Assembly (NCBI RefSeq): GCF_003086415.1
Contig: NZ_QEFP02000007.1
Span: 1-32,000 of the forward strand
DNA from: Candidatus Nanobsidianus stetteri
GTDB lineage: Archaea; Nanobdellota; Nanobdellia; Nanobdellales; Nanobdellaceae
DNA length: 32,000 bases
Direction of reading: 5' to 3'
Shown in pieces: positions 1 through 9,579 of the stretch; positions within the stretch are counted from its first letter, which is position 1, and every line of letters starts with the position of its first letter. The translations under genes were made by a program, and so were the position numbers. The notes beneath the pieces were generated by a model. The model did no database searches and had not been told where the DNA came from. It saw only the letters and a program-made list of their open reading frames with translations.

Positions 1-1564
1 AAATTGAAGGCATTACATCATTAGGTGGTAATGATCTTAATAAAACCCAATATAAGTATATATTATTACCCGAGTTTTGTTGTCCTATTGTTATTGGTAA
101 ACTAAATGAGCCAGGTATTGTTGTAGTACTCAATATTTGAGTATAATTTACTAAGAAATATGTATAACTACTAGAAAATCCAATTTCATATATTGTTGGA
201 GCATAATTATATGTTGTACTTCCTACATTAGAAGTCCCTACGTATAAATTAAATTTACCAGTATTTCCTGAATTGGGATATGTAAATGCAGCACCATTAT
301 TATTACCACCAGCTATAAGCCCACCTCCGCCACCAATGAAGTATGTATTTTTATTATTTGCTGCACCTACACCTAAACTTATATAATCCCAACTTGTACC
401 GCTTGTAGTTGGAACAGAAGCATAAATTTGTAATATATTATTTTGTATATTAAAGTTTACTGTTGTAGTAATACCTTCATTACCAGAAGATGAATATGGG
501 ATAATTGTATAATTTGTAGAAAAAGAAACACTATTTTGATTATTATATACATAAGTCCATGGTGAAGGTAATGAACTTAGATTTCCAAAGTTTTGATAAT
601 AATTAAATACTTTTTGTCCATTATCATATTGAGAAGTACCTAAAACTTGTATAGGTGCACCAACATATGGATAATATTGAGAATAGTAATTAGTGCTATT
701 TGGTCCTATATTCATATAAATAGTTATATTTGAATTAGCAGGGATACCTTTTGTTAAATTTATCCACCATACATCACAATAAGTACTTCCATTAATCAAT
801 TGACCTTCATACCATGAATATATGTTTGGATTACTGTTATAAGTTATAGTAAAGTATACATTTTGACCATTTGGATTTATACAATTAAATAACGTTGCAT
901 TATTTATATATGCAAAACTATTACCAATATTTATACTTCCATTACATATTGCTATATCTTGTTGAAATGGGGAAGGAGTTGAAATAGATTGAGTATTATA
1001 TATTACTAAAGGTAAATATGATAATTGACAGGTTGGGGTGGTTGGGGTACTTGATGTAGAGTTTGATGAAGTATTTGAAGTAGATGTTGATATATTAAAG
1101 GTGATTGGTGGTTGAAAATAATTAATTAATGTATTAGAAATATATTTTATATCAAATATTCCAAGTATATCATCCCCCAATCCAACTTCTAATTTATAAT
1201 TTCCATTTTGATCTGGGGGAATTTGAGATAAATTTGCAACAATAATTAATAAACCATTATTATATGGATTTACAATTGATCCATTTGGATTATAAGGATA
1301 AACATTAACCAATCTATTATTTACAATTGCAAATACTTGAGAATAATTAACAGGTTCTGAAGGTTTTACATATGCATATAATGTATTATTTGCTATAAAA
1401 TAATCTAATAATTGGAAATTTAATTCTAAAGATCTTGAAATTTCCTGTCCAGATGGGTTTATTATATTTAAATTTGGAGATATTATATTGTATATTATAA
1501 CAGTAGCAAGAGCACCTGCTATTAATAATATTAATGCTATAAATGTTTCAGATTGTAATCTCAT
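1..1564 (-). CDS. Large surface protein, partial (C-terminus runs off the window). It has an N-terminal pilin-like signal/TM segment, a Ser/Thr-rich linker and a DUF2341-like plus ConA/LamG-lectin-like region.
   Basis: Not in the ORF track because it is open at the window edge. My minus-strand translation from the ATG at 1564-1562 reads MRLQSETFIALILLIAGALATVIIYN... and I saw no stop down to position 1 (>520 codons). It has a linker STSTSNTSSNSTSSTPTTPT (~1030-1095). The motif SWYEGQLINGSTYCDVWWINLTKGIPANSNITIYMNIGP matches my recollection of the DUF2341 consensus (..WVkvp.ipa....iymyyG.), followed by KVFNYYQNFGN..W. It carries many N-x-S/T sequons. No other ORF of 60 aa or more is listed in this 1.5 kb. 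Confidence 0.6.
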   Translation of the reverse strand, partial: MRLQSETFIALILLIAGALATVIIYNIISPNLNIINPSGQEISRSLELNFQLLDYFIANNTLYAYVKPSEPVNYSQVFAIVNNRLVNVYPYNPNGSIVNPYNNGLLIIVANLSQIPPDQNGNYKLEVGLGDDILGIFDIKYISNTLINYFQPPITFNISTSTSNTSSNSTSSTPTTPTCQLSYLPLVIYNTQSISTPSPFQQDIAICNGSINIGNSFAYINNATLFNCINPNGQNVYFTITYNSNPNIYSWYEGQLINGSTYCDVWWINLTKGIPANSNITIYMNIGPNSTNYYSQYYPYVGAPIQVLGTSQYDNGQKVFNYYQNFGNLSSLPSPWTYVYNNQNSVSFSTNYTIIPYSSSGNEGITTTVNFNIQNNILQIYASVPTTSGTSWDYISLGVGAANNKNTYFIGGGGGLIAGGNNNGAAFTYPNSGNTGKFNLYVGTSNVGSTTYNYAPTIYEIGFSSSYTYFLVNYTQILSTTTIPGSFSLPITIGQQNSGNNIYLYWVLLRSLPPNDVMPSI

Positions 1565-1574
1565 ATTATATTAA

Positions 1575-2033
1575 TTAATTAGCGTATATTAAAGTTTGAA
1601 ACTTAACCCCATAACAGGATACCAATATTATATAATTCCATGAATTATTTACTAAATAATTATTACCAAAATATATTGTTGCATTTTCTCCTGGTAATAA
1701 TAGATTTGATGGATATAAATAATTTATAGAATAATTAAATGGAGAAAAATAACCATTAATATATAATTGAAAACAAGATAAATCCAATGCTTTGTTTCCA
1801 TTATTATATATAATCAAATAAGGGTTTGAATAGTTTGTTTGATTATTTAAAAATTCTATATTTTCTCCAATAATATTTTTTATTTGATTATCTATTGAAT
1901 TTGCTGTATAATAAAAGTTTTTATAATAATTATTTAAAATTAAATATAGAACTGATGAAGAAACAATAAAAATAACAAATCCAATAATTGCTCCAATAAT
2001 TGATCCTAGATCAGATCTCATTCTATTGTACAT
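1575..2033 (-). CDS. Small membrane-anchored pilin or archaellum-accessory-like protein with ArlF/ArlG-like architecture. Function unproven.
   Basis: The N-terminus MYNRMRSDLGSIIGAIIGFVIFIV is a short charged head plus one hydrophobic helix. The rest is an Asn/Tyr-rich beta-type body with YLIIYNNGNKALDL..LYINGY..LLLPGENATIYF, a pattern I associate with FlaF/FlaG (ArlF/ArlG) proteins. It overlaps the upstream ORF by 16 nt and lies 10 nt upstream of the large surface-protein ORF, so they look like one operon. Confidence 0.45.
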   Translation of the reverse strand: MYNRMRSDLGSIIGAIIGFVIFIVSSSVLYLILNNYYKNFYYTANSIDNQIKNIIGENIEFLNNQTNYSNPYLIIYNNGNKALDLSCFQLYINGYFSPFNYSINYLYPSNLLLPGENATIYFGNNYLVNNSWNYIILVSCYGVKFQTLIYAN

Positions 2034-2497
2034 GTACCTGATGTTGTATTAACATATATTGTATTCTCTGTATATGCTCCAGTAGATGCTACAATTCTTA
2101 CTTGATAAAAGTTTGTTGTTACAGAAATATTTGCAACAATTGCAATTGTATCATAAGGACCCCATGCAGAGGTGCCAGTATAACTATTTGCAATATAAAT
2201 TTTTGTATTATTTATTAATTCCCCATTGATAAATAATAATGTTAAATTTTGATTTAGTACAACACTTCCTCTATTTGTTACATAGAAATATAATAAATTT
2301 GTAGTACTATTATAAGCACAAGAATCTAATGTAATATAGGTATTTAATTGATTTTCTAATGATTGAGAATTCGCAATTGCGGCATTACTTATTCCATTTA
2401 AATTATTATATGCAGTAGAAACAAATATATAAGCAGCAATACCTGCAACTATAAATAATATAATTTCTACAAGAATTGTTCCAAATTGAGTTTTCAT
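2018..2497 (-). CDS. Small membrane-anchored pilin or archaellum-accessory-like protein with ArlF/ArlG-like architecture. Function unproven.
   Basis: The N-terminus is MKTQFGTILVEIILFIVAGIAAYIFV. It is followed by LLYFYVTNRGSVVLNQNLTLLFINGELI, resembling the ..yvkNtG...l.....v.idG.. pattern. It is the first gene of a three-gene minus-strand operon. Confidence 0.45.
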   Translation of the reverse strand: MKTQFGTILVEIILFIVAGIAAYIFVSTAYNNLNGISNAAIANSQSLENQLNTYITLDSCAYNSTTNLLYFYVTNRGSVVLNQNLTLLFINGELINNTKIYIANSYTGTSAWGPYDTIAIVANISVTTNFYQVRIVASTGAYTENTIYVNTTSGTCTIE

Positions 2498-2528
2498 TAA
2501 GAATTATGATCTATTAAAAAATATAAAT

Positions 2529-3344
2529 CTATTCTATTAGTTCATATCCTTCAATACCCTTTTCATTCATAATCCTTTTCCATTCTAACATTCTTTCTTG
2601 TCTTTTTACTTCTAGTTCACAAACTTTATCTATTATTTTTAAATTCTGTACACCCTTTATTTCAATTTTCTCTCCTCCTTCTATTGATATATTTAAATCT
2701 TGTCTAATAGTTCCCAATCCTCTTTTTACTTTCCCAGTCAATCTTAATATTAATCCAATATATTCAGCTACCTCTTTTACTTCTTTTGGATCCATTAAAT
2801 CTGGACCTGTAGATATTTCTATTAATGGTATTCCCAACCTATCTAATCTATAAATTATATAATCTTCTCCTTCTTCAATTTTTCTTGCAGCGTCTTCTTC
2901 AATACAAATTGTTCCTATACTTATTTTTTTATCTTTATATTTTAATTCTCCATTTAATGATAATAATAATGTTCTTTGAAAACCTGAAGTATTTGATCCA
3001 TCTACAACAATTTTTCTCATAACTTGTAAAACCTTTGGAATATACATATTAAAAAATGTTGAAATTAGTATTCCAAATTTTAATGCTTCAATATTAATTA
3101 AATGTGGTGGTTCTTCATCAAGTTCAACTAGGCAAGAATAATCTTTAGAATATTCATATATATATTTTTTATCCTTCATTGTCTCATATTCAGCAGCAAT
3201 ATCCTTTTTTCCAGTTTCACTTAATGTTGCTCTCAATTTTCTTTCAATTCTATAATCATATTTATCACTTAAATTTGTAGGACAATTACAAAATAGTTTT
3301 TCTTTTGTATCAATTTGTTGATGTATTTCTAATCCAGCAATCAT
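2529..3344 (-). CDS. gatE: Glu-tRNA(Gln) amidotransferase subunit E, N-terminal catalytic (cradle) domain only (271 aa; I recall the full-length protein as about 600+ aa).
   Basis: Contains the GatE/GatB_N hallmarks MIAGLEIHQQIDTKEKLFCNCP, CLVELDEEPPH, MRKIVVDGSNTSGFQRT, IEEDAARKI, YRLDRLGIPLIEISTGP, KRGLGTIRQDLNISI and EIKGVQNL..ELEVKRQ. The ORF stops about 25 aa after the E..RQ motif. Confidence 0.8.
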   Translation of the reverse strand: MIAGLEIHQQIDTKEKLFCNCPTNLSDKYDYRIERKLRATLSETGKKDIAAEYETMKDKKYIYEYSKDYSCLVELDEEPPHLINIEALKFGILISTFFNMYIPKVLQVMRKIVVDGSNTSGFQRTLLLSLNGELKYKDKKISIGTICIEEDAARKIEEGEDYIIYRLDRLGIPLIEISTGPDLMDPKEVKEVAEYIGLILRLTGKVKRGLGTIRQDLNISIEGGEKIEIKGVQNLKIIDKVCELEVKRQERMLEWKRIMNEKGIEGYELIE

Positions 3345-3395
3345 AAGAATAAAAATATTAAAAAAATTAATAAATTATAATTTCAAAATAAAATT

Positions 3396-4274
3396 ATGCA
3401 ATTTATGAAAGCAAAGGGTTTCTATTCATTTGATTCTTCTGATTTACTCTCTCAAATCGAACAATACTTTATGGATAAAAGATATGGACCTGGGTATATT
3501 CCAAAAAACATAAAAAAGGAAAAAAATATAATTTCTGGAATTGTTCCACATGCAAGTTATGAATACCTTTTACCAGTTTCTATAAAATTATATAAAGAAT
3601 TATATGAAAATTTTGATTTTGATACAATAATAATTATTGGTCCAAATCATTATAATGTTGGTCAGAAGATAAATTTGATAATTGATGATTGGTATACACC
3701 TTTTGGTATAATTAAAACAGATGTTGAATTTGCCAGAAAAATATTAAATAATTATGATTCGTATGAAAATCCAATATTACCTAGATATGAATATTCAATT
3801 GAAGTTCAATTACCCATATTAAGATATTTATTTAAAGATAAAGTAAAGATTGTCCCAATAATTGTAAAAGATGTTGAATTAGAAATGATAAAAGATTTTG
3901 TTAAATTATTAAAAGAATTATCTAGAGAATTAAATAGAAAAATAGTATTAATATCTACTGGAAATTTATATCATCATGGAGAATTTTATGGAAATATTAT
4001 ATATAAAGAAAAAATATCTGAAAATGTAAAAAAAGAATCTGAAAAAATAATAGAATATATATTAAATTTAGATTCTGAAAAATTATATAAATTGGAAATA
4101 GATAGTAAAATATTTTGTGGAAAATATCCTTTCTTATTCTTTATAGAATATACAAAATTATATAAGGGAAAAATAGAACTAATAAATCATATTTTATCTT
4201 CTGAAATAAATAAAGATGAAAAGAATGTTGTTGATTATGCATCTTTATTATCTTATAAATCATTAAAGAAATAA
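3396..4274 (+). CDS. MEMO1 / AmmeMemoRadiSam system protein B family protein.
   Basis: AKGFYSFDSSDLLSQIEQYF, GIVPHASYEYLLPVS and IIIIGPNH match the family pattern (aG.FYp.d...L; PHAGy.ySG; vilGpnH). The true start may be the internal Met at codon 4. Confidence 0.75.
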   Translation: MQFMKAKGFYSFDSSDLLSQIEQYFMDKRYGPGYIPKNIKKEKNIISGIVPHASYEYLLPVSIKLYKELYENFDFDTIIIIGPNHYNVGQKINLIIDDWYTPFGIIKTDVEFARKILNNYDSYENPILPRYEYSIEVQLPILRYLFKDKVKIVPIIVKDVELEMIKDFVKLLKELSRELNRKIVLISTGNLYHHGEFYGNIIYKEKISENVKKESEKIIEYILNLDSEKLYKLEIDSKIFCGKYPFLFFIEYTKLYKGKIELINHILSSEINKDEKNVVDYASLLSYKSLKK

Positions 4275-4281
4275 TAATATT

Positions 4282-4725
4282 ATGGATACAGACGACTTTA
4301 ATGACATATATGAAGAAATCAGGAAAGAATTCGCTAGACAGATGAAATTATTGAGAAAAATATTCAATAGAGCCAGAAAAGGATTAAGATTTAACTTTGA
4401 ATATGAAGTACCTGCAGCAGATGTAATAGATAAAGGCGATAAATATTTGATAGAAATAGATCTACCAGGTGTTGATAAGAAGGATATAAATGTTACTTTA
4501 GTAGATCATCATCTAAAAATTGTAGCATCTAAAAAAGTTGAAAAAGAGGAAAAGGATGAGAATTATATATTATCTGAAAGAGTATTTTCGGGATATAAAA
4601 GGATAATTCCATTACCAGAAGATGCAGATGAGAATTCTATAAAGGCAAAATATGAAAATGGAGTATTAAGGATTGAAATAGGAAAAAAGCCAGGCTATGA
4701 AGGAAAGAAAATTAATTTAGAATAA
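4282..4725 (+). CDS. hsp20: Small heat-shock protein, Hsp20/alpha-crystallin family.
   Basis: Alpha-crystallin domain: PAADVIDKGDKYLIEIDLPGVDKKDINVTLVDHHLKIVA ... FSGYKRIIPLPEDADENSIKAKYENGVLRIEIGKK. Confidence 0.9.
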   Translation: MDTDDFNDIYEEIRKEFARQMKLLRKIFNRARKGLRFNFEYEVPAADVIDKGDKYLIEIDLPGVDKKDINVTLVDHHLKIVASKKVEKEEKDENYILSERVFSGYKRIIPLPEDADENSIKAKYENGVLRIEIGKKPGYEGKKINLE

Positions 4726-4755
4726 TTTTTTTAATTTTTTATAATATAAATTTTT

Positions 4756-5709
4756 ATGAAATATAAATTTGTTGAAGAATTATTATCATCCGCATTTAAG
4801 AGAGCAAAAAATAGTGGTAATCAATTTTATGATATAAAAGAAAGAAATATAGTAAAATTACAAACAATATATCAATATATTGATGATAAATTAGAAAAAA
4901 TATATAATGATATAATTTTACCTGAGAACAAATTCTATAAAGAATTATATAAATTATTATTTACGGATATAAATATAAAAAAATTGAAAGAAAGGATAAA
5001 GTATATAAGAAAAATAATAAAGCAAATTTATTTAAAGTATAAGAATGATATAAAGTTAACAAAAGATAAAAAATTAATAGAAAGATATAGAAGAGAATTT
5101 TATGGGAGAATATCTAGTATATTAAGAAGAAATTGGATAATATTTAAATATTATAATATTTATTTAAATAGAAGAAGAAAAATTCCAAATATTAAAAATT
5201 TACCTACAGTTGTTATTTCAGGTTTACCAAATGTTGGAAAAAGTACATTATTAAAAAATTTAACAGGATCTAATGTTAAGATTGAACCATATCCATTTAC
5301 AACAAAAGATTTAATGGTAGGATATATTAAAACACCATATTTTGATATACAGGTAATTGATACACCAGGAATTTTAGATAGATCCATAGAAGAAATGAAT
5401 GAAATTGAGAAAAAATCTATATTAGCATTAAATTATCTTGCAAATTTGATTATATATGTTTTTGATTTAACAGAAACATGTGGATATAGTATTAAAGAAC
5501 AAATAAATTTATTAAATAATATAAAAAAGATATTTAATAAAGAAATAATATTGTATTTTTCTAAGAAAGATTTATTTAAAGAAAAAGAGGAAAAAATTCT
5601 TAATGAATTTATTAAAAATTATAATAATATGAATATTTTTTATGATTATAATGAACTAAAAGAATTTTTAATATCATATATAAAAAATAAAAAGGAATGG
5701 TATATATAA
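4756..5709 (+). CDS. NOG1-family GTP-binding protein (archaeal Nog1/Obg-like GTPase).
   Basis: A helical N-terminal domain is followed by G1 GLPNVGKST, G2 YPFTTK, G3 DTPGILDR and a degenerate G4 SKKD. The architecture is typical of archaeal NOG1 homologues. Confidence 0.8.
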   Translation: MKYKFVEELLSSAFKRAKNSGNQFYDIKERNIVKLQTIYQYIDDKLEKIYNDIILPENKFYKELYKLLFTDINIKKLKERIKYIRKIIKQIYLKYKNDIKLTKDKKLIERYRREFYGRISSILRRNWIIFKYYNIYLNRRRKIPNIKNLPTVVISGLPNVGKSTLLKNLTGSNVKIEPYPFTTKDLMVGYIKTPYFDIQVIDTPGILDRSIEEMNEIEKKSILALNYLANLIIYVFDLTETCGYSIKEQINLLNNIKKIFNKEIILYFSKKDLFKEKEEKILNEFIKNYNNMNIFYDYNELKEFLISYIKNKKEWYI

Positions 5710-5716
5710 ATATATT

Positions 5717-6340
5717 ATGAAGCTAATAGTTTCATCCGATATACATAATGATTTCGGAATGATATATAAAATAATAGAATTATATAAAAAGGAAAGACCA
5801 GATTATATAGTAATTTTAGGAGATATATCTGAATTTGGAGAAATAGAAAAAGGATTGATAAAAAAATTAACAGAATATATAAATCCAAATAAAATTTTAA
5901 TAATACCAGGAAACCATGAAACATCTGAAGATATAGAATTATTAGAAAAAATATATAAAATAAGAAATTTAGATAAAAGATATATAATAAAGGATAATTT
6001 TGTATTGGTTGGATTTGGAGGAGCGGATGTATTATTAAATGTAATTGATGAAAAAGAATTTGAAGAATTTTTAAATGAATTAAAGAAAAAAATTAATGAT
6101 AAATATATTATTTTATTGACCCATATCCCACCAAAGGGTTCTATATCTTCTTTAGATATTTCTGGTAGTTATGCATTGAGAAAATTTATTCAAAATAATG
6201 ATAAGGTTATTTTAAATATACATGGGCATATGCATGAAACAGGAGGTTTGGAGGATATAATAAATAAAGCAAAAATTTTAAATGTTGCCAGGGAAGTAAA
6301 ATTGGTTGAAATATATGATAAAAAGACAAAAATAAAGTAA
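5717..6340 (+). CDS. Calcineurin-like metallophosphoesterase.
   Basis: The metal-binding motifs appear in canonical order: SSDIHND, ILGDISEFG, IPGNHE, THIPP and HGHMHE. Confidence 0.75.
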   Translation: MKLIVSSDIHNDFGMIYKIIELYKKERPDYIVILGDISEFGEIEKGLIKKLTEYINPNKILIIPGNHETSEDIELLEKIYKIRNLDKRYIIKDNFVLVGFGGADVLLNVIDEKEFEEFLNELKKKINDKYIILLTHIPPKGSISSLDISGSYALRKFIQNNDKVILNIHGHMHETGGLEDIINKAKILNVAREVKLVEIYDKKTKIK

Positions 6341-6503
6341 AAATAAGTATTTAGCTAGTAAGAAGGGAAAAATAAAAGAAATAGCACTGGGACAATATAT
6401 TTATAAAGAATATTTATTGATTATCAATGAAATAAATATTTATAACTGTCATTTTTAAATTCATCATAGAAAAGAATTTTAAAATTTTTTATAAAAAATT
6501 TAA

Positions 6504-9290
6504 ATGAGTGATATGGGATTTATAAATAGTTTTTCTCAAGAAAAAAAAGAAAAAGAAGTTGTTTTAGGACAAAAAAATTATAAAATAAAAAAAGTTATTA
6601 AAAGAGATGGAAGAATTGTTGACTTTGATCCAGAAAGAATAAAATATGCTGTGGAGAGAGCAATGAAAGCTGTTGGTCAATATGATAAAGAAAAATTAGA
6701 GAAAGTTGTTGATTATATAATAAGAGTATTAGAGGAAAAATATGATGATATAAAATATCCAACTGTTGAAGAAATTCAAGATATTGTTGAATTATCTTTG
6801 TTGAAATTTGATTTATATGATGTTGCTAAAGCATATATTTCTTATAGGAAAGAAAAAGAAAAAATAAGAGAAGAAAAGAAAAATTTATTGGGAAAATTCT
6901 ATGAAGAAGAAGTTGCAAAAAGATTTTCTGTTAATTCAATTAGATTAATGGTAAATAGATATTTATTAAGAAATGAAAATAAAGAACTAATAGAAGGTCC
7001 AAAGCAAATGTTTGAAAGGGTTGCAGCATTAATTGTAATACCTGATATATTATATGATGAAAGAATATATGATAAAGATGGAAAACAAAAGGTACATCCA
7101 AAAGAGGAATTTGATTTTGTAAAAAACGAAAATAAATATGGATTACCAATAAAAGATCCTAAATTTAGATGGAATAGATATCATTTAGAAAGAATGAAAT
7201 ATTTGTATGATTATTTAAATGAAAGAGGTCATATGAAGGTTTTATGGTCAGAATTTATAAATATGTTAGAAAAAGGAGAATTTGACAAATATTACGAAAA
7301 CTTTTATCAATATTATGATTTAATGGTAAGTAAAAGATTTATGCCAAATTCTCCAACATTATTTAACGCAGGTGCTCCTTTAGGACAATTATCTGCATGT
7401 TTTGTATTAGATATTGATGACGATATGGAATCTATAATGAAATCAGCAACAGAAGCAGCTTTAATATTTAAATCTGGAGGTGGAATTGGAATAAATTATT
7501 CAAAATTAAGACCTGAAGGTGATGTTGTCGCATCTACTGGAGGTGTTGCTTCAGGTCCGGTTTCATTTATGAAAATTATAGATACAGTTACAGATGTAGT
7601 AAAACAAGGAGGAAAGAGAAGAGGAGCAAATATGGGAATTTTGGAATCCTGGCATCCTGAAATATTTAAATTTATACATTTAAAGGAAAAAGATGGTATA
7701 TTAGAAAACTTTAACATATCTGTAATGTATGATCCATCATTTTGGGAACATTTTGAAAATAAAAAAGAGTATCCATTAATTAATCCAAGATTATTGAGGA
7801 AATATAATTTACCTTTCCCAGGCGATCCAAATTTTGATATAAATAAAGTACCAAAAGAGGCAATTACAGGATATGTAAATCCTGAAACAATATTACAAGA
7901 AGCAGCATATGTTGCATGGGAAAAAGGAGATCCAGGATGTTTATTTATGGATAATATAAATAGAAGAAATGTTCAATATAAATATAGAGGACCAATTAGA
8001 GCTACTAACCCTTGCGGAGAACAGCCTCTATATCCATATGAATCATGTAATTTAGGATCAATTAATTTATATGCTTTGGTTGAATTTAAAGATGGAAAAG
8101 CAGAATTTAATTGGAATAAATATATTGAAACAATTAAATGGGCTTATAGATTCTTAGATAATGTAATAGATGTAAATAAATATCCAATAAAGGAAATTGA
8201 GATAGCTTCAAAATCTGTAAGAAGGGTTGGTCTTGGATTTATGGGGTTGGCAGATTTATTCTATGCACTGGGAATTCCATATACATCGGAAGAGGCCTAT
8301 AAATTATTAATGAAAATATCAGAATATTTAACATATTATTCAATGTTAGAATCTGTTGAAAGAGCAAAAACAAGGGGTAAATTTGATAGATATGATCAAA
8401 CAACATATAAAGACGGAGAGTTACCTGTAGAAGGATATTATCATAGAGAATTATGGACATTGGATTGGGAATATTTGAAAGAACAAATAATAAAATATGG
8501 AATAAGAAATGTTGAAGTTACATCGGTTGCTCCTACAGGTTCTATATCAATGATAGCAGATACATCTTCAGGTATTGAACCACAATATTCTTTAGTATAT
8601 GAAAAAAGAGTAACTGCTGGTGTATATTATTATGTAGATCAAGAATTGGAAAGACAATTAAGGGAAAGAGGATTATATAATAATGATATATTAAAGAAAA
8701 TATCTGATAATGGTGGAAGTTTATTGGGAATAAAAGAGATACCAGATGATTTGAAAGCAATATTCTTAACTGCATTAGATATACCATGGTGGGATCATAT
8801 AAGAGCGCAAGCAGTTTCCCAAATGTGGATAACTACATCAATATCAAAGACAATAAATATGCCAAATTGGGTTCAGCCAGATGATGTATATTATTCATAT
8901 TTATTAGCATATAAGATGGGATGTAAAGGAATTACAATATATAGAGATGGATCAAAATCTTCACAAGTATATGTAGCTCCTTCAGAAGCAAGTAAAGCGA
9001 GATTTATGGATTACTTTAGATTAATTAGAGAAGGTAAAATAAATAATAAAACAATTGAAATATTAAATCAATATGGAATAAAGTTACCAAACTGGTATTA
9101 TGAATTAAATAACAATGTTGAAGTACCAAAAGTAAAATTGAATGTAAACATAAATAATACATTAAAAGTTGAAGAAAATGGAAATAATAAAGTTGAAAAA
9201 TGTCCTGTATGTGGATCTACAAGGTTAAAACATGAAGCTGGTTGTGTTGTATGTATTGATTGTGGATGGTCTGAATGTATAATTGCTTAA
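6504..9290 (+). CDS. nrdJ: Adenosylcobalamin-dependent (class II) ribonucleotide reductase with an N-terminal ATP-cone and a C-terminal Cys4 zinc ribbon.
   Basis: ATP-cone: [29 protein letters not shown] core: [17 protein letters not shown] and [16 protein letters not shown]. Class II active-site motif: [23 protein letters not shown]-terminus: [26 protein letters not shown]. The ORF is contiguous and no intein-like insert is evident. Confidence 0.95.
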   Translation: MSDMGFINSFSQEKKEKEVVLGQKNYKIKKVIKRDGRIVDFDPERIKYAVERAMKAVGQYDKEKLEKVVDYIIRVLEEKYDDIKYPTVEEIQDIVELSLLKFDLYDVAKAYISYRKEKEKIREEKKNLLGKFYEEEVAKRFSVNSIRLMVNRYLLRNENKELIEGPKQMFERVAALIVIPDILYDERIYDKDGKQKVHPKEEFDFVKNENKYGLPIKDPKFRWNRYHLERMKYLYDYLNERGHMKVLWSEFINMLEKGEFDKYYENFYQYYDLMVSKRFMPNSPTLFNAGAPLGQLSACFVLDIDDDMESIMKSATEAALIFKSGGGIGINYSKLRPEGDVVASTGGVASGPVSFMKIIDTVTDVVKQGGKRRGANMGILESWHPEIFKFIHLKEKDGILENFNISVMYDPSFWEHFENKKEYPLINPRLLRKYNLPFPGDPNFDINKVPKEAITGYVNPETILQEAAYVAWEKGDPGCLFMDNINRRNVQYKYRGPIRATNPCGEQPLYPYESCNLGSINLYALVEFKDGKAEFNWNKYIETIKWAYRFLDNVIDVNKYPIKEIEIASKSVRRVGLGFMGLADLFYALGIPYTSEEAYKLLMKISEYLTYYSMLESVERAKTRGKFDRYDQTTYKDGELPVEGYYHRELWTLDWEYLKEQIIKYGIRNVEVTSVAPTGSISMIADTSSGIEPQYSLVYEKRVTAGVYYYVDQELERQLRERGLYNNDILKKISDNGGSLLGIKEIPDDLKAIFLTALDIPWWDHIRAQAVSQMWITTSISKTINMPNWVQPDDVYYSYLLAYKMGCKGITIYRDGSKSSQVYVAPSEASKARFMDYFRLIREGKINNKTIEILNQYGIKLPNWYYELNNNVEVPKVKLNVNINNTLKVEENGNNKVEKCPVCGSTRLKHEAGCVVCIDCGWSECIIA

Positions 9291-9316
9291 TTTTTTATAA
9301 TTTTTAAAAATAAAGG

Positions 9317-9388
9317 TGGACCCGCCGGGATTTGAACCCGGGATCTCCGGCTTGCAAGGCCGACATCCTACGACTAGACTACGGGCCC
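9317..9388 (-). tRNA. tRNA-Ala (anticodon UGC).
   Basis: The reverse complement folds as GGGCCCG UA GUCU AGUCGUA GGAU G UCGGC CUUGCAA GCCGG AGAUC CCGGG UUCAAAU CCCGG CGGGUCC A. It has the G3:U70 Ala identity pair. There is no intron and CCA is not fully encoded. The D-loop is only 7 nt and has no GG. Confidence 0.9.
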
Positions 9389-9416
9389 AATTATTAAATT
9401 TCTTAATATTTATTTT

Positions 9417-9424
9417 TATATAAA
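9417..9424 (-). promoter_or_regulatory. Candidate TATA box (TTTATATA on the minus strand) for tRNA-Ala.
   Basis: TTTATATA lies with 28 nt between its 3' end and tRNA position +1. With the usual archaeal TATA-to-TSS spacing (centre about -26) this predicts a short 5' leader of a few nt. Confidence 0.35.
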
Positions 9425-9456
9425 TTTGTTTTTTGGAATAATTGAAAAAGCAATTA

Positions 9457-9540
9457 TGCGGCGGAGGGGATTTGAACCCCTGACGGATCTACTCCACTGG
9501 GTCTTGAGCCCAGCCCCTTTGTCCGCTCGGGCACCGCCGC
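9457..9540 (-). tRNA. tRNA-Leu (anticodon CAA), class II with a long variable arm.
   Basis: The reverse complement folds as GCGGCGG UG CCC GAGCGGACAAA GGG G CUGGG CUCAAGA CCCAG UGGAGUAGAUCCGUC AGGGG UUCAAAU CCCCU CCGCCGC A. There is no intron and CCA is not encoded. Confidence 0.95.
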
Positions 9541-9579
9541 TTAATAATTATATTTAGAAATTTTAATAATTTAAATAAT

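Noticed and set aside
6504-9290. An intein or other insertion in the ribonucleotide reductase.
   Set aside because: The conserved RNR blocks are contiguous. There are no intein splice-junction or homing-endonuclease motifs, and the 928-aa length is explained by the ATP-cone plus the C-terminal zinc ribbon.
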